From the NCBI RefSeq assembly GCF_018977255.1, contig NW_024704742.1:111974001-112038000 (forward strand): 64,000 nt of DNA. Direction: 5' to 3'. Both the position numbers and the translations under genes were made by a program. Positions 27,180-40,449 of the stretch are shown here, piece after piece. The DNA comes from Callorhinchus milii (Eukaryota). Positions within the stretch are counted from its first letter, which is position 1; each line of letters starts with the position of its first letter. Under the pieces are notes generated by a model that was not told the DNA's origin, ran no database searches, and worked only from the letters and a program-made list of their open reading frames with translations.

Positions 27180-28270
27180 GATTCAACATGGTAGCATACA
27201 TGAAGGAGAAGGGAATCGAGGGGTATAAGAGAGGGGAATATGAATTTGATGGGAGCTTGTGTGGGATATGACATGTTTATAGTTGGGTCGAATGGTCTGT
27301 TTCCATGTGGCTTGATTTTATGTAAATATGTAACTCTACGACGACTTGATACTCCGTTGTGGCCTATAGCAGATTTTAGGGATGGGGGGGAGGGGGAGAG
27401 CTGATTATAGTGCAAAGCACAAAGCACACTAACATGATCATAATAGACATTGGTAGATAAAACGAAAAAAGCAAGCAGCAGTTTAAGAACGTATGTAATA
27501 CAGCTTTTAATCTGCTAAACTTGCTCTAAGAAAAAACATTGTGCAGAACAAGTACCATCCCCAAGCACAGCATGGGCAAATTAAGCAAACATGCTCCATA
27601 ATGGATCAACAGAAAAATAAAAACGGAAATTACAGAAAGCGGCTAAAAAAAAGTTTATGGAAGCCAAGAGAGAACTGGAAAGGGACACAGACCAAATGCA
27701 AAACATAATACCAACAAAATTCATTCAATTTTATAACATTAAGAGGGTAGTTAGAGGATATGTTAAAACCTTAAGGGACCAAAGTTAAGTTAAAAACAAG
27801 ATGATCAGGAGATAGTGAACATATTAAACAACTTGGAGGTTTTTAACCACTGAAAACATACCCCAATATTCATAAAACATTGCTTGACATCTGGGACTTT
27901 GACATAAGTGAGACTGAGGTTCTAGATAGACTCATGGGGCTGAAAAACAATAAATCTGAGATGGATGAACTGTACTCCAGGGCACCTTGAGAAGGCAGGA
28001 GATTTGTGAAGCACTGAAAGACATTACGAGGGAGATAATCAGTACTGGTGAGGTTCCAACAGACAAGAAGCAAGTAAATGTGGTTTCTTATTGCAGACCC
28101 ATTAGCCTGACATCAGTAATTGAGAAACCTGATGGAGTCAATGAGCAGAAAGAAAATCGAAGATTACTTATCTAAAAATAACTTAATAAATGACAGCGAG
28201 CCAGGGTTCAGAAGGGGTCGATCTTGGTTGACCAATGACATAGACTTTGTGAGGAGGAAACATGCAAATT
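27180..28270 (+). mobile_element. Degraded CR1 fragments (3' end, then ORF2 RT N-terminal part)
   Basis: EICEALKDITREIISTGEVPTD..YCRPISLTSVI and cagggttcagaaggggtcgatcttggttgaccaat; CR1-type 3' end near 27180-27330. Confidence 0.7.
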
Positions 28271-28306
28271 CACTATAGGCTCTATAGATAACATGAGATG
28301 ATGATC

Positions 28307-28505
28307 TTTTTGGGTCAGCTAGGTGTCTGACACATGTGGAAACTCAGTTTGAGTATCCAAACCAAGCTGAGATTTCCATGCATCCCACCTACACTTGGAA
28401 ATTCCAGAGATGGATTACTGGAATGGAATGCACACGCTCTATAATTCTGGGAAGTATTCGGAGCAGGTTAGCAAAGCCCAAGGCTTGGGGACCACAGAGT
28501 GTGCG
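28307..28505 (-). repeat. Unclassified dispersed repeat, copy 2
   Basis: See 20916-21146; strand inferred from the oligo-T end on the + strand. Confidence 0.8.
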
Positions 28506-29139
28506 TTGGGGTCCTGCTGGAGTCTAAACAGCAAAAAAACCACATTGCTTGCCAATAATGTTGCTGTCTGGCAAGTTTTCCTGCTGTTTGTCCAGCTAGG
28601 ACCACCCTACCCATTAGGGCTTTGGCTTGCAGGGTTAACAGGAGCTGACTCCCTGCCCCCAGTGGTTGGTCTGCCCTTCCAGGTCCTGCCGATGAGCAAG
28701 GCTGGCTGTGCTGTCATAAGCAATGCCCTGGAATACTGTGGACCTGCCTGGCTCAGGAACCTCCAAGGATTTCAACATTTCATTATTAGGCACGTCACCT
28801 TGAAACCAGTTCAGCTACAAGGAGACCCGGTTGACCTCATAACAAGCAAAAAAATTTCAGTCCTGAAAGGCGATGGTAGAAGAAGAAATACATAAGCAGC
28901 TGAAAGGCAAAGGGAGAAGTTTCAACAATACCTATCCGATGCTGAATTTGAGTAATGGGAGAGAAAACAGTTGATTTCAGAGGATGGAATAAACCTCTAT
29001 CAATTAGTTATAGACCTTACTTTTATAGGTATAATAGAAAGGTCTTTATGAAATCAAATGATAATAATAATCCTTACATTTGATATAGCGCCTTATCATG
29101 TCGTTGAGACATCTCAAAGCACTTCATAGAATATATTAT

Positions 29140-29459
29140 GGAGTCCTGTAGCTCCGTGGTTAGAGCACTCGCTTTGCAAGCGAGAGACCTGAGTTCAATT
29201 CCAGACTGGGCAAAACCTTGGGCACGTTTCCTTACTCCACACGCCTAATAATAATCCCTCCAAAACCAAAAACAATAATAAAATTGGTCATTTTCAATCT
29301 ACGATTGTTTGTGGGACATTGCTGTGTGCAATTGGGCAATTGGCTGCCGCGTTCACCCACAAATATACAGTCAATTCACTTTACAGTGTGTTCTGTGAAG
29401 CACTTTCGGACGTCCTCCCGTGAGGACACTATATCAAATGCAAGGATTATTATTATTAT
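29140..29459 (+). mobile_element. tRNA-Ala-headed Deu-type SINE, full length
   Basis: GGAGTCCTGTAGCTCCGTGGTTAGAGC (A box), CTCGC-TTTGCAA-GCGAG arm, GAGTTCAATTCC (B box), tgtgggacattgctgtg core, L2-like tail, (tta)n. Confidence 0.92.
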
Positions 29460-30459
29460 ACTGTAAAGTGAATTGACTGTATCTTTTGGGTGCAAAACGA
29501 TAAATAATATTTTGTGGGAGAAATCAATACAAAGACAAGTTAAAACCATATTCAAATGATTGACTTGAATGCACATTGTTTAAGCAATCTTCTGTGATAC
29601 CAGAAATTAAATCAAGGTAAAAGTAAAAGCCTCCAAGAAAGGAAGATGTGAAGATCCCTGCTCATATATTGCAACAGAGAATCTAGGATAGGCAGCTGGC
29701 AACAGTCTTGCTTCAATCAGCAACCTGGCAGTTCAGTATACATTGCAATTGGTTACTGAAACTGGCACTAGCCACATGAAAATGTGTTCTGTAACAATGT
29801 TTTGTTCCTTTAGGCCAGCAGAAGAGCAGGACGACTGTGCTCTCATTTTATTTCTGTTGGTGTCACACACTATTTAGTGATCCATTTTGACCTGAGTTAC
29901 GTTTGCACGTTTGCAAACAAATAAAAACAATTTGCAAACCAATTTGACCGTGCTCCTTTAAATTGTATTTGCTAAACACATTCACTTTGGCATAGCCAGC
30001 CCTTTAATTGGCTGGTCCAAAACACAGACTGTCCAGAGCAGGATGTGAAAGGCGCTATACAAATGTAATTTTGTTGTTGTTGTTGGTCCATCTACCTGTA
30101 CAGGTGAGACATTGGCTGGTAATGGTAGCATTGTGGCACAGTGCACTGGTATTCCAAATAAATCATGCCGCAAAGTGATATTTTACAGCTTCAAGTCTTG
30201 GCTTCGTTCTCCATCTGGCATCAATCAGAACTGTTAGACAGGAGTGTTCAACAGAGTTCAGCTGATTTGTCACCATGGGTCAGAAGGTTGTAAATTCAAA
30301 CCTCACATCAGAATCTGAGCAGAGAGTCCCGGCTGATACCCAAATGCAGTACAGGGAGTGTTCCATTGTTGGAGGTGCCTTCTTTCAAATAAGGTATTAA
30401 CCTTAGTCCTGTCTGCCTGTTCAAGTGAACAGTAAAGATCCCATGGTAATATTCAAATG

Positions 30460-30640
30460 CAATACAATTTACATTTATATAGCGCCTTTTATGTTGGGAG
30501 AACATTTTAAAGTGCTTCATACTGTCAACTGGGCACCCAAGCTGCAGAGTGTGGGAGGGGGATGATGACGCCAAGTGCAGTCAAGGAGGTAAGCCTTGAA
30601 GTAGGTTTTGAACGAGGGAGGGAGGGAGGGAGGGAAGAGG
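30460..30640 (-). mobile_element. L2 3' fragment nested in an old SINE
   Basis: Reverse-complement tail catttatatagcgccttttatgttgggagaac..aagtgcttc plus purine-rich UTR. Confidence 0.6.
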
Positions 30641-32724
30641 AAAATTCAAAATGGGAAAAGTATTTCCTTCAGTACTCCAGCCAACAATCCTCCAGATAAA
30701 TATGTCTGGTTTAAGTTATATCAAATGCAAGGATTATTATAATTTACATAAATACTTAATAACAATAATCCTTGCATTTGAAATGGCACTTTCCATACGG
30801 AGGAGGATAACTCAAAGTTCTTTGCAAGATTTACTCAAAGTGTATAGGCTGTGAGTTTTTTTGCAAGCATACTGAATATAGCGCAGAGCACAAAAAACCA
30901 GGGCATCAATGAACAATTTAATCTGTGAGATTGTTAGCCAGGATACTAGGAGAAATTCCTTTCATTTTGTTGAGCAGTTCCATGGGACCTTTACCATCCA
31001 AGCGACCTTGTAGAATCACCATGTAGACAGAACCTCAGTTTAACAACATAGCAGCTCCAAAAAATATTCAATGGAAATTTAATACACATTAACATCACTA
31101 AATATGAATTTAATACCAAAAATACTTCCTTGTCTTGAGTTTACATAAAAATAAAGTACTGGATTTGGAAAATAAGGCCCATTGAATCCAGTTAAAATGT
31201 ACTCTTTATTTTGGTGCTGGGCTTCTGTATTTTACAAATCGATCCAAGTATTGAATCTAACTTGGGCAGTTTTGCAGATCTATACTGAACACCAACATTA
31301 TATTTTCAGTGTGAAACCAGTCTTTTATGAATGTCAAATCTATACTTAGAATTGTTTACAGTACTGCAGTATGAGGGATACAGTAAAATTACATTTTGTA
31401 AGTGGCTTTAGTACTAAAAAATGCACCCAAAGGGTAACAAAATAATTCTACCAAACATGTTATACTTAATAAGTTTGCTTACACACAAGTGTAAATAGTA
31501 TGAATTAATAAATACATCTCAGTATTACTTTGGCATCAAGGGAAACCAGGGTAATGAATTGCTTTGGTAATTTATGTTTTTTGCTGTTGGCAAGGGCCCT
31601 ATTGTAAAACTCACAAATATTTTTCTAATAAAGATGTAAAACTAAATAACTGATAAGCTTAACCTCATGAATGTACAACTTTTTGTTGGCAACAGAAGAA
31701 ATTATTTATTAGTATAGCTTTATTTTGTCTGCTTAGAGGCTATTTTGCAATAAATAGATTCTGCTCAATCAATGTTGCAGTAGGAATCAGGATACTCTGA
31801 GGCAGTTGTTATTTTGTACACTACAACTACAACAACAACAACAACTTGCATTTATATAGCGCCCTTCGCACGGGGCAGCATCTCAAAGTGCTTTTACTGC
31901 AGTTAATATTGAGATTTGAAAATGAGCACGGTGATGTAATTTGACCAGGTAGGGCAATTGCTGCAATGGTTGTGCAGCAACCTAAGGTAACCTTTTAAGT
32001 TCTATTGCAAGAATGCCCATCTAAAGTTCATTTTGTTGTTCAAGTAGAATGTAACATGACTTAGGCATTGACGTGGTTTCTAATTTTAGACCTGAGCGTG
32101 TCAGGGATTAAATATGTCAAGGAACTCTGATCAGATTAATCAGAATCTATTAAAGTTTTGCAAAGTTTGATATTGCCACATGAATACTAATTTCCACCAG
32201 CAACTAGGGGTCAAGTTATTGATAGTGCCACTTAAAAGGCTAAGCTAGAAGGAAGAAATGACTAATGCTGGACTATTTTAATATATTTCCCTCTTTCTAA
32301 CCACACTAGTGATCACTCCACTTCATGGAGCCAGTGTAAAACTTATTCTTCGACCCCTTACAATCCTTCAAACCTTACATCCAATTGCTCAATCAGCACA
32401 TTTTTGCCATTATGTGGAGCTTCAGTTAGCCTGCCATTGTCTCCAATATATCAGTGTTACCTTTACCAGTATATTATTTGTGCTTGTTCACGCTGACCGA
32501 TACACTATCTTTACTGGAAACACAAAGCTGTCAAGTCTCAATACGCATAAAATGGTGAAATGGACTTTGTGTTGTTTTTTCACCATCTGAAGCCTTTTGA
32601 TCTCTGAACACCAAAACAAATTGTTTTGTTCACTTCTGCAGTGACTCATCTTGAAACTTGTTCTGTATCACATGAAATAACACAGATCTACTGTGCAGTC
32701 AGTCATTAGAATCTGTGCTCCATC

Positions 32725-33125
32725 ACTGCTGTTCAGGTCCTGCTGACCTCATCCACGCTTTTGTGACCTCCCACCTTGATTGCTCCAATCTCCTTCCCAA
32801 CCGCCTTCCCAGCTCTACAATTCTCAGAGTCCAACCAACTCAAAACTCCACTGCCTGTATCCTCACCTGCACCAAACTCCGCATCCCCATCATCCCAGTC
32901 TTTGCCAGGCTCCACTGGCTCCCTATCACAGAATGGATCAATTTCAAGATTCTCACACTCAGCTAAAAATCACTAATGCCCTGGAACTTCCATGTCTCTC
33001 CAATCTGCTCACACCGTACTCCTCTACCCACCCCCTTCACTCGGTTGGCTCGGGCCTTCTGCATACCCTTCGATCCCTCCACTCCACCATCTGTGGCTGT
33101 GTTTTCAGTAACTATGTCCCGACCT
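32725..33125 (+). mobile_element. L2 ORF2 C-terminal fragment
   Basis: LIHAFVTSHLDCSNLL...IIPVFARLHWLPITEWINFKILTL, a typical L2 post-RT region. Confidence 0.85.
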
Positions 33126-33434
33126 TTAAAAAGAGAACTGTTACCCAATACTTTGCAAAATAGGAATATAATCTTAGGCATACACAGTTGAATGTGATTC
33201 AAGTGCTAAAGTCACACATTCAATAATAATAAAAAAAACACTGTAACATGACACATTCAAATATACTGTAGTTCTTATTGTCTGATCTCAATTCTGGTAT
33301 GTTCACACACACTGAAAGGAAATTCTTGCTCATATTATGTTTATTTGCCTTATCTTCATTCTGAGCCTCAAATCATTTAACTTTTCCCAAACTTCGGAAG
33401 CGGAGATGGAAACGAAAGCTTCTGTTAATGTTAC

Positions 33435-34393
33435 ATAATAATCCTTGCATTTTATATCATGCCTTATTATGTTGTTAAGTTGTCTGAATGAAGTAACTGT
33501 ATATTTGCAGGCAAACGAGGCAGCCCATTCGCACAACGCAATGACTAGATTGTTATTTTATCTGGGGATTGTTGACCAGGACACAGGAAAATACTCTTTT
33601 CTCTTTTTGTAGAGTACCCTGATTATTCCATTCCTTGCCAAACTCCACTGGCTCCCTGTCACAGAGTGGATCAACTTTCAAGATCCTTACTCTAGTGTTT
33701 AAATCCCACCATTTCTTGGCACCCCTATCTCTCTAACCTCCTCTCTCCCCACAGCAGTACCCGTTGCCTCCACTCTACTGGATTGGCCTCCTCCCCGTCC
33801 CCCAAATCCTTTGTTCCACCATCAGCGGCCATGCCTTCAGCCACTTGTGCCCCGAAACTTTGGAACTCCCTCCCTCAGCCTCTTCACCTCGTCCCCTCCT
33901 TCCCCATCTTCAGGTCTGAAGTCCTTCCTCTTCGACCACCCCCATGGTCACCTTCCCCCTTCCACTGGCTTGGTCTTGGGTTCCACCATTGTTAAGCGCT
34001 CTGAGATGCCGCCCGGTGTGGAGGGCGCTATATATAAGTTGTTGTTGTTACCATGGGATCTTTAACATCTACCTGAACAGGCAGTTTGGCATCTCATATG
34101 AAGGAGAGTAGTTCCAACAATGCACCACACCCCCGACCTGTATTAGATTGTGAAGACATTCCTCTTCAACCGTACCTACGGTCACTTTCCCTTTCTCTCC
34201 AGCTCAGACTCAAACTAGCATTGTTCAAGCTCCGAGATGCTATCCCACGTGAAGGTGTAATTACATCTAAATGTAAGTTTTCATTGTCGTTGGAGTGCTA
34301 GCCTAAACTGTGAACTGATAGTCTCCATGTGAGTTTTGAACCACAACCTTCTGACTCAGAAGCGAGAGTGCTGCCAACTGAACCAGGCTGACA
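33435..34393 (-). mobile_element. Old Deu-type SINE split by two L2 insertions
   Basis: Tail/core 33435-33618; continues ccatgggatctttaacatctacctgaacagg at 34051; head ccacaaccttctgactcagaagcgagagtgctgccaactgaaccaggctgac ends about 34393. Confidence 0.75.
33619..34048 (+). mobile_element. 5'-truncated L2 nested in an old SINE
   Basis: ctccactggctccct...APKLWNSLP remnant; tail aagcgctctgagatgc..gagggcgctatatataagttgttgttg. Confidence 0.85.
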
Positions 34394-35479
34394 AATTCCC
34401 TCACTGCGGAAAGCACACAAATGTCCTCAGGGTAAATGCCTAACCAATAATATTCTATGTGAAAATCACTCAGAAGCAATAGTGACAGTGAAAATTAGTC
34501 ACAAATAATACTCATTGCATAAGAGAGCTCTATTTTCTAGCATAGGTAATGATGTCAGTGTTGCCATGGTTACAGTGTAGATCACAACCATTTAGCTCAA
34601 TACTTTACGACATGCTGCTAAATACAGTACCTGTCTTTTGCCTATTCAGTAACAGATCCTTGTTATTTTATTCTCTCTCCCACACAATCACTCCGGCTTT
34701 ATTCTAATTTCTGCCTTTGATTTTTGAATTTCTTATTCGACAAAATCTACAATTTTAGGTTACTAATATCAGAGATCCATTGATATAGTTGCACACATGA
34801 GGGAGAAGGGAAAGAAGGTTACATGAGAGGTGATTAGGTGGGCTCAAGTGGTCAATAAACCCAGCAAGGGACAGTTGGACCAAACAGCCTGTTTCTGAGC
34901 TGTATAGGTCTAAAATAATATGTTGCCATGTAAAGTATGGTTTTATTTTCTATTTATTGCTGGATATGGGATTTTTATAGAATTGTCTAAAAACTTTGAG
35001 ATGTTTTGATGATGCAATAAGACACTATATCAAACTCAAGATTTATTATTATCAAGCTATACTGTTGACCTCACACCTCCCTCTCTTGAAAATGGAAGCC
35101 AATTGGTACTCAATAATGTCCCCAAAACAGCCATGAAGTGAATGAATAACCATATTTAATTTGGTGATTGTTGGCCAGGATACCGGAGGAAACCCCCCCT
35201 TTTTTTTAAATTGTGTCATGGGATCTTTATCATCTCAAAAACAAGGCAGAAAGCTGTTGAATCCACATACACAACATCCTAGCATGAATACTGTGTGCCC
35301 CACGTAACAAAACTTGTTTTATTAAATGACTGAATAGTCTATGCAGCATCATTTTCACATCTGGTCAAGGAAAATATTCTTTCATATTTCATATTGCAGA
35401 GCATGTGGTACTCCACATTATTTCACCCTCTGGTAGAGTCTCGGGGGGACATTATCGATTTTAAACTCTATTTCTCAGA

Positions 35480-35489
35480 CTAAAAATAG
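35480..35489. promoter_or_regulatory. Consensus MEF2 binding motif
   Basis: CTAAAAATAG in non-repetitive sequence; motif match only. Confidence 0.3.
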
Positions 35490-35570
35490 TGTTTTGACAG
35501 TGCCATTGAAACAGGTTGGTTTCCTGTGTTTTGCTTTACCAAATGTCTGGTACAAGGAATGAGTCTGTGT

Positions 35571-36437
35571 GTCAGCGTGGCTCAGTGATAACTTTGAGTC
35601 ACAAGGTTGTGGGTTCAAGACTCAAGTAGGGATTTGGAATCACTGACAGTCCAATGCAGTGCTGGAGGTGTGCCACATTGTCAGAGGTGCCGTCTTTCAG
35701 GTGAGACATTAACCTGGGGTCCCATCTGCCTGTTCAGGTGGACATTAAAGATTCCATGGCACAGTTCAAAAACACAAAGGAGTTTCTCCTGGTGTCTTGG
35801 CCAACAATACCCCAAATAAAATTGGCCAATCACTCCATGGCTTCATGGCTCCATTGCTGTCGAATTCAAGATTCTCATTCTCACCTACAAGGCCATTCAC
35901 GGCCTTGCTCCCTCTTACCTCTCCGACCTACTGTTCCTCTACTTACCTGCCCGTACCCTCCGTTCCTCTGGCTCCGGTCTGCTCCACACCCCCCGCCCCA
36001 ACCGCCCTACCATCGGTGGCCGGGCCTTCAGCCTCTCAGCCCCTAGTCTCTGGAACTCCATCCCCCAATTCCTTCGCCTTGCTTCCTCCCTTTCCTTCTT
36101 CAAGGCCGGTCTCAAGACCTTTCTCTTTGACCGTGCCTTAACTCCCCTCTCGACTCTCTAACCCCTCCTCTCTCCCTCCCTTCCCTCCCCTCACCCTGAC
36201 CATTTCCCCCCTGCTCGGGTTCTGACCCAACTGTCCAGCGCCTTGGGACGTTCTCCCAATGTGAAAGACGCTCTATAAATGAAATCTTATTGTTGTTGTT
36301 GTTGGATACTGCTGTGCACAACTGGCTGCCATGTTTCGCCCACAAAATACACAGTCGATTCACTTTACAGTATAACCTGTGAAGCTCTTTGAGACATCTC
36401 AACGATATGATAAGATATTATGTCAAATGCAAGGATC
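35571..36437 (+). mobile_element. Old Deu-type SINE split by an L2 insertion
   Basis: Head gtcagcgtggctcag..aaggttgtgggttcaag at 35571; core/tail resumes at about 36304 and ends gtcaaatgcaaggat. Confidence 0.78.
35830..36303 (+). mobile_element. 5'-truncated L2 nested in an old SINE
   Basis: gaattcaagattctcattctcacctacaaggcc...ctctggaactcc; tail cagcgccttgggacg..gtgaaagacgctctataaatg..(ttg)n. Confidence 0.85.
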
Positions 36438-37901
36438 TACGTCAATGGGTAGAAGTTGAAGCAGTGCTGAATAAAGGATCATCCCATTTCACGCTGATCT
36501 GGGCACTTCTTTCCATTGCCTTTATAAGATCTTTCTTTTAATTGGTGACAATCGTGTTGATGTTGGGCCNAAAAAATGTTGGAAGCATCAATGACCCCTC
36601 CCCCAATGTCGAGCTTATGAATCACCTTCTGCTTCTCTGAAATTCACCGTGTTATTGTCCTGGCCCCTGTCATTTTGATCTCGCAAGTCTATGGCAACTC
36701 ATTATCAAGACTCAGTTTCTGTAGTCACACTTTTCAGATTCTTGTTAAACAAGGCACACATTTGGCAGCCTGCTCTATCATATTTTCACTCCTGTATAAG
36801 CTGCAAAAAACCATCAAGAACGGTTGTCCCTTTTTATGAATACCACAAATTGACGCCAGTGTGCATTCAAGTTATTATTATCAAGCCCAAATCTCAAATG
36901 GCAACTAAAAATCATTAAAGAAGAATTGATGCATATAATATGATTTGTCTACTTGATCCTCAAGAGGTAATCTAGGTATTAATCTGGGGTACATTTTGAG
37001 CTACATGGCAATTAATAAGTGAATAGAACATGCAACCTTGATGGAGTTTTTTTCCCAGGAGTTTTGCAGAGATCCGGATTAAATCCAATGTTAACCAGAG
37101 CCATTGTTGCAGTTAATGAATTGTTTTACGACAACAACAAAATATTTTAGATGGCAACCTCTGCGTTAGCTTCCTGACAGCAAGGATAACAATAACAATG
37201 AAATAACAGGTACAGTTTAACAGTAACGTGCGACAACATTTTAATTGATGCCTATAAATGGATTAAAATGACGTTTAATTGGGTGAAGGCCTGAATTTCA
37301 ACAAGGATGTATAAGTGACACAAATTAAGGTATTCTTCACGACCAAGGCAGCATTGAACCATAGGGCGACTGTAATGGCACATATCGAATGCCAAACTCT
37401 GGACAAATTTCTGGGCCATGACGATGCCTGTAAGAGAGTTATACAAATGTAAACAGGAGAACATAGCTGGAACCCACTCCCAAAATACTGTACAAGGACA
37501 AATGTTTCCCTCCTTCTTATTCCTGTGTGAACAAAGGGAAAGCAAAAAGGAAGGTGTTTGTTCTGTTGAAGCAACTTCATTCATGAGTGATTTGTGTAAT
37601 CGATGCTCAAGGTAATGCTTTCTTCAGCAGCTGCATTATACTAGAATGAAATACAGATTTATAATTAGCTTGAGTCAGCCCAGAATAATCTGTAAAGTTT
37701 AGGTCTGCTTTTTAATGATAAGATAGCAGTATGAAACCCTTTTGGCACAGTCCTCAGTTCATAAACAACGGTGCTGTTTACAGTACCAAAGCAGATGCTA
37801 TGTGGGGGACGAGTGAAAGCAATTATTATGTCCATGTAGATTGCAGATTTCTTAAAAAAATGAGTACAGAGTCTTAGCAATATGTGCAAAGGTATTGCTA
37901 A

Positions 37902-38206
37902 AGCGCTTTTCACGTCTTCTAGATGTCTCAAAGCTCTTCACAGAATATACTGTAAAGTGAATTGACTGTATATTTTGTGGGTGAAACGCGGCAGCCAATT
38001 GCGTACAGCAGTGTCCCACAAGCAGTTTGCTCCAACAAACCAGTCGTGGATTGAAGTGACCAATTTTTTAATTCATTTTTTTCTTGAAGGATTATTATCA
38101 GGCGTATGGAGTAAGGAAGCTTGCCCAAGGTTTCGCCCTGCCGGAAATTGAACCCAGGTCTCTCGCTTGCAAGGTGAGTGCTCTAACCTCTGAGCTTCAG
38201 GACTCC
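37902..38206 (-). mobile_element. tRNA-Ala-headed SINE
   Basis: Reverse complement of the family at 29140/39350; terminal tail missing. Confidence 0.9.
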
Positions 38207-38514
38207 TTGACAGATATCTACAGTGAACAAAAATTACATGGAGAAATTGCACAATATGTATATATATACACTCCTATCAGTGGTTTATGAAATCATAATA
38301 AATGCATCTACATGTATTTGAGAAAAAGCTTACGGGCATTTGTGACACAATTCATGACTTAAGAGCAAGAACTTAATTTTGAAAAATCCCAAAGCAAATA
38401 TAAGGCTCACCTCACTCCGTGATTTTTCCTTTCAGTGCATGGATTGAAGACAATCTAGTGATTCAGGGTTCAGTATGGCCCAATAACTAACAATGAGAGA
38501 TTCGAGGGGCTGAA

Positions 38515-39008
38515 AATAATAATAATCCTTGCAATTTGCAACTTTGACCTCAAAAGGATGTTTCAAAGCACTTAACATGATGTATGTAAAGTGTAGTGAC
38601 TGTATTTTGGACGCAAACAGCTGGCAAGCAGCCATTTTGGCCATAACAACATCCCACAATCAGCCATAGAGTCAGTGAACATTTTTTCTGGAGTTTTCTT
38701 AGCCAGCATACAACAACAATTTGCCTTTATATAGTGCCCTTCATGCCAGATGGTGTCTTGGAGCGCTTACAAAGAGAAACTCCCTTCTCTTTTCATATAA
38801 TGGCATAGGATCTTTAACATTCACTTGAACAGGCAGATAGAACTTCAGTTTAACATCTCATCTGAAGAACAGCACCTGTAATAATGCAGAACAATCCCAG
38901 CATTGTATTGCAGTGTCAGGCTAGACTATAAAAATCCTGAAGTGTGGCAGGAACCCAAAATCTTCTGATTCAGAGGGGAGTGAGCTACCAACTGAGCTAG
39001 GCTGACAC
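38515..39008 (-). mobile_element. Old Deu-type SINE with nested L2 tail
   Basis: aataataatccttgca..ggatctttaacattcacttgaacaggcaga..ctaccaactgagctaggctgacac. Confidence 0.75.
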
Positions 39009-39099
39009 AAGTTGCCCTGGAAATAAGCTTCAGTATTGTGCAAAATGCATCTAGTGCAAATGTGGAGTGTGAATGTGATTCATTCTTTGAAAATGCTTT

Positions 39100-39650
39100 T
39101 AGGACACCGAATTTAAGATTATGCCCCTTTGTTGTGGATTCCGCCACCAAAAGAAATAGTTTCTCTGTACCAACCCTATCGAATCCCTTTATTATTTTTA
39201 AAAACCTCAATCAGTTCACCCCTCAGGCTTCTAAACTCAAGGGAATAAATACCAAGTTTATGCAACGTGCCCTTATAATTTATTCCTTTAAGCCCTGGTA
39301 TCATTCTGGTGATTCTGCGCTGCACCCCCTCCAGAGCTAACATATTTGTGGAGTCCTGTAGCTCAGTGGTTAGAGCACTCACTTTGCAAGCGAGAGACCT
39401 GAGTTCAATTCCAGGCAGGGCAAAACCTTGGGCAAGTTTCCTTACTCCACACACCTAATAATAATCCCTCCAAAACCAAAAACAATAATAAATTGGTCAT
39501 TTTCAATCTACGACTGTTTGTGGGACATTGCTGTGAGCAATTGGCTGCCGCGTTCGCCCACAAATATACAGTCAATTCACTTTACAGTGTGTTCTGTGAA
39601 GCGCTTTGGGACGTCCTCCCGACGTGAAAAGCGCTATATCAAATGCAAGG

Positions 39651-39705
<55 letters not shown>

Positions 39706-40115
39706 CTGAGGTGCAGTGCCCAAAACTGAACGCAGTCTCCAGACAGGGTCTGACCATAGCTCTATACAGTTGAAGCATCATTTCCTCTCCTTTATACTCA
39801 AGCATCCTTGAGATAAAGGCCAACATCCCATTAGCTTGTATGACAATACCTGTGAGTTTAGTTTTAGTGATATGTGCATGTGGACACCCACATTCCTTTG
39901 CTCCTCCACAGTTCTTTGTTTCTCACCATTCAGAAAATATTCTGTTTTGCTATTTTTGGATCCATGGTCGATGATCTCAGCCTTCCCCATGTTCAATTCC
40001 ATCTACCACAGTTTTGCCCACTCACTTAATCTGTCTAAGTCCCTTTGTAACTTCCTGCTCCCAACAACACAATTTACTGTGTTGCGTAAATTTGTGTCAT
40101 CTGCAAAATTTGCAT
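39100..40115 (-). mobile_element. CR1 ORF2 C-terminal fragment interrupted by a SINE
   Basis: MLAFISRMLEYKGEEMMLQLYRAMVRPCLE and ALEGVQRRITRMIPGLKGINY..SLEFRSLRGELIEVFK on either side of the SINE at 39350-39704. Confidence 0.88.
39350..39704 (+). mobile_element. tRNA-Ala-headed SINE with long (TTA)n tail
   Basis: Near-identical to the 29140 copy; uninterrupted tta/att run 39651-39704. Confidence 0.93.
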
Positions 40116-40449
40116 GTACTGGGGGAATGATAGATTACTGCAACACATCCGTGCAATGTAACTTAATAGGAAATTAAAGCTTTGTAGAATGATGTGACAT
40201 TTTCAGACAACCAAAATAGACATTTGAAATACTGGTGAAATCACAATATTGATTAAAGAATTTTGCATATGAATCAATAATGCACAGCTAACACTTAACT
40301 GCTCTCTCTAGTGAATTGTTTATTACAAGCTGTGATGGGGGATAGTGAAATTCCACTGATTGATAATATTATAATAAGAAATCCCAACATAAGTGCACAG
40401 TATCAAGGAATTTTGGCAGAATTGGAAATGTGCCCCATCCTGTTCTTAG

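Noticed and set aside
28395..28895. 166-aa ORF
   Set aside because: Starts within a dispersed repeat, with no recognisable domain or exon structure.
39350..39420. tRNA-Ala(TGC)-like genes (also at 29140, 38206, 47014, 49032)
   Set aside because: No matching acceptor stem or terminator; each continues into the same SINE body and tail.
39428..39826. Poly-Tyr and poly-Ile ORFs
   Set aside because: Translations of the SINE (TTA)n tail.
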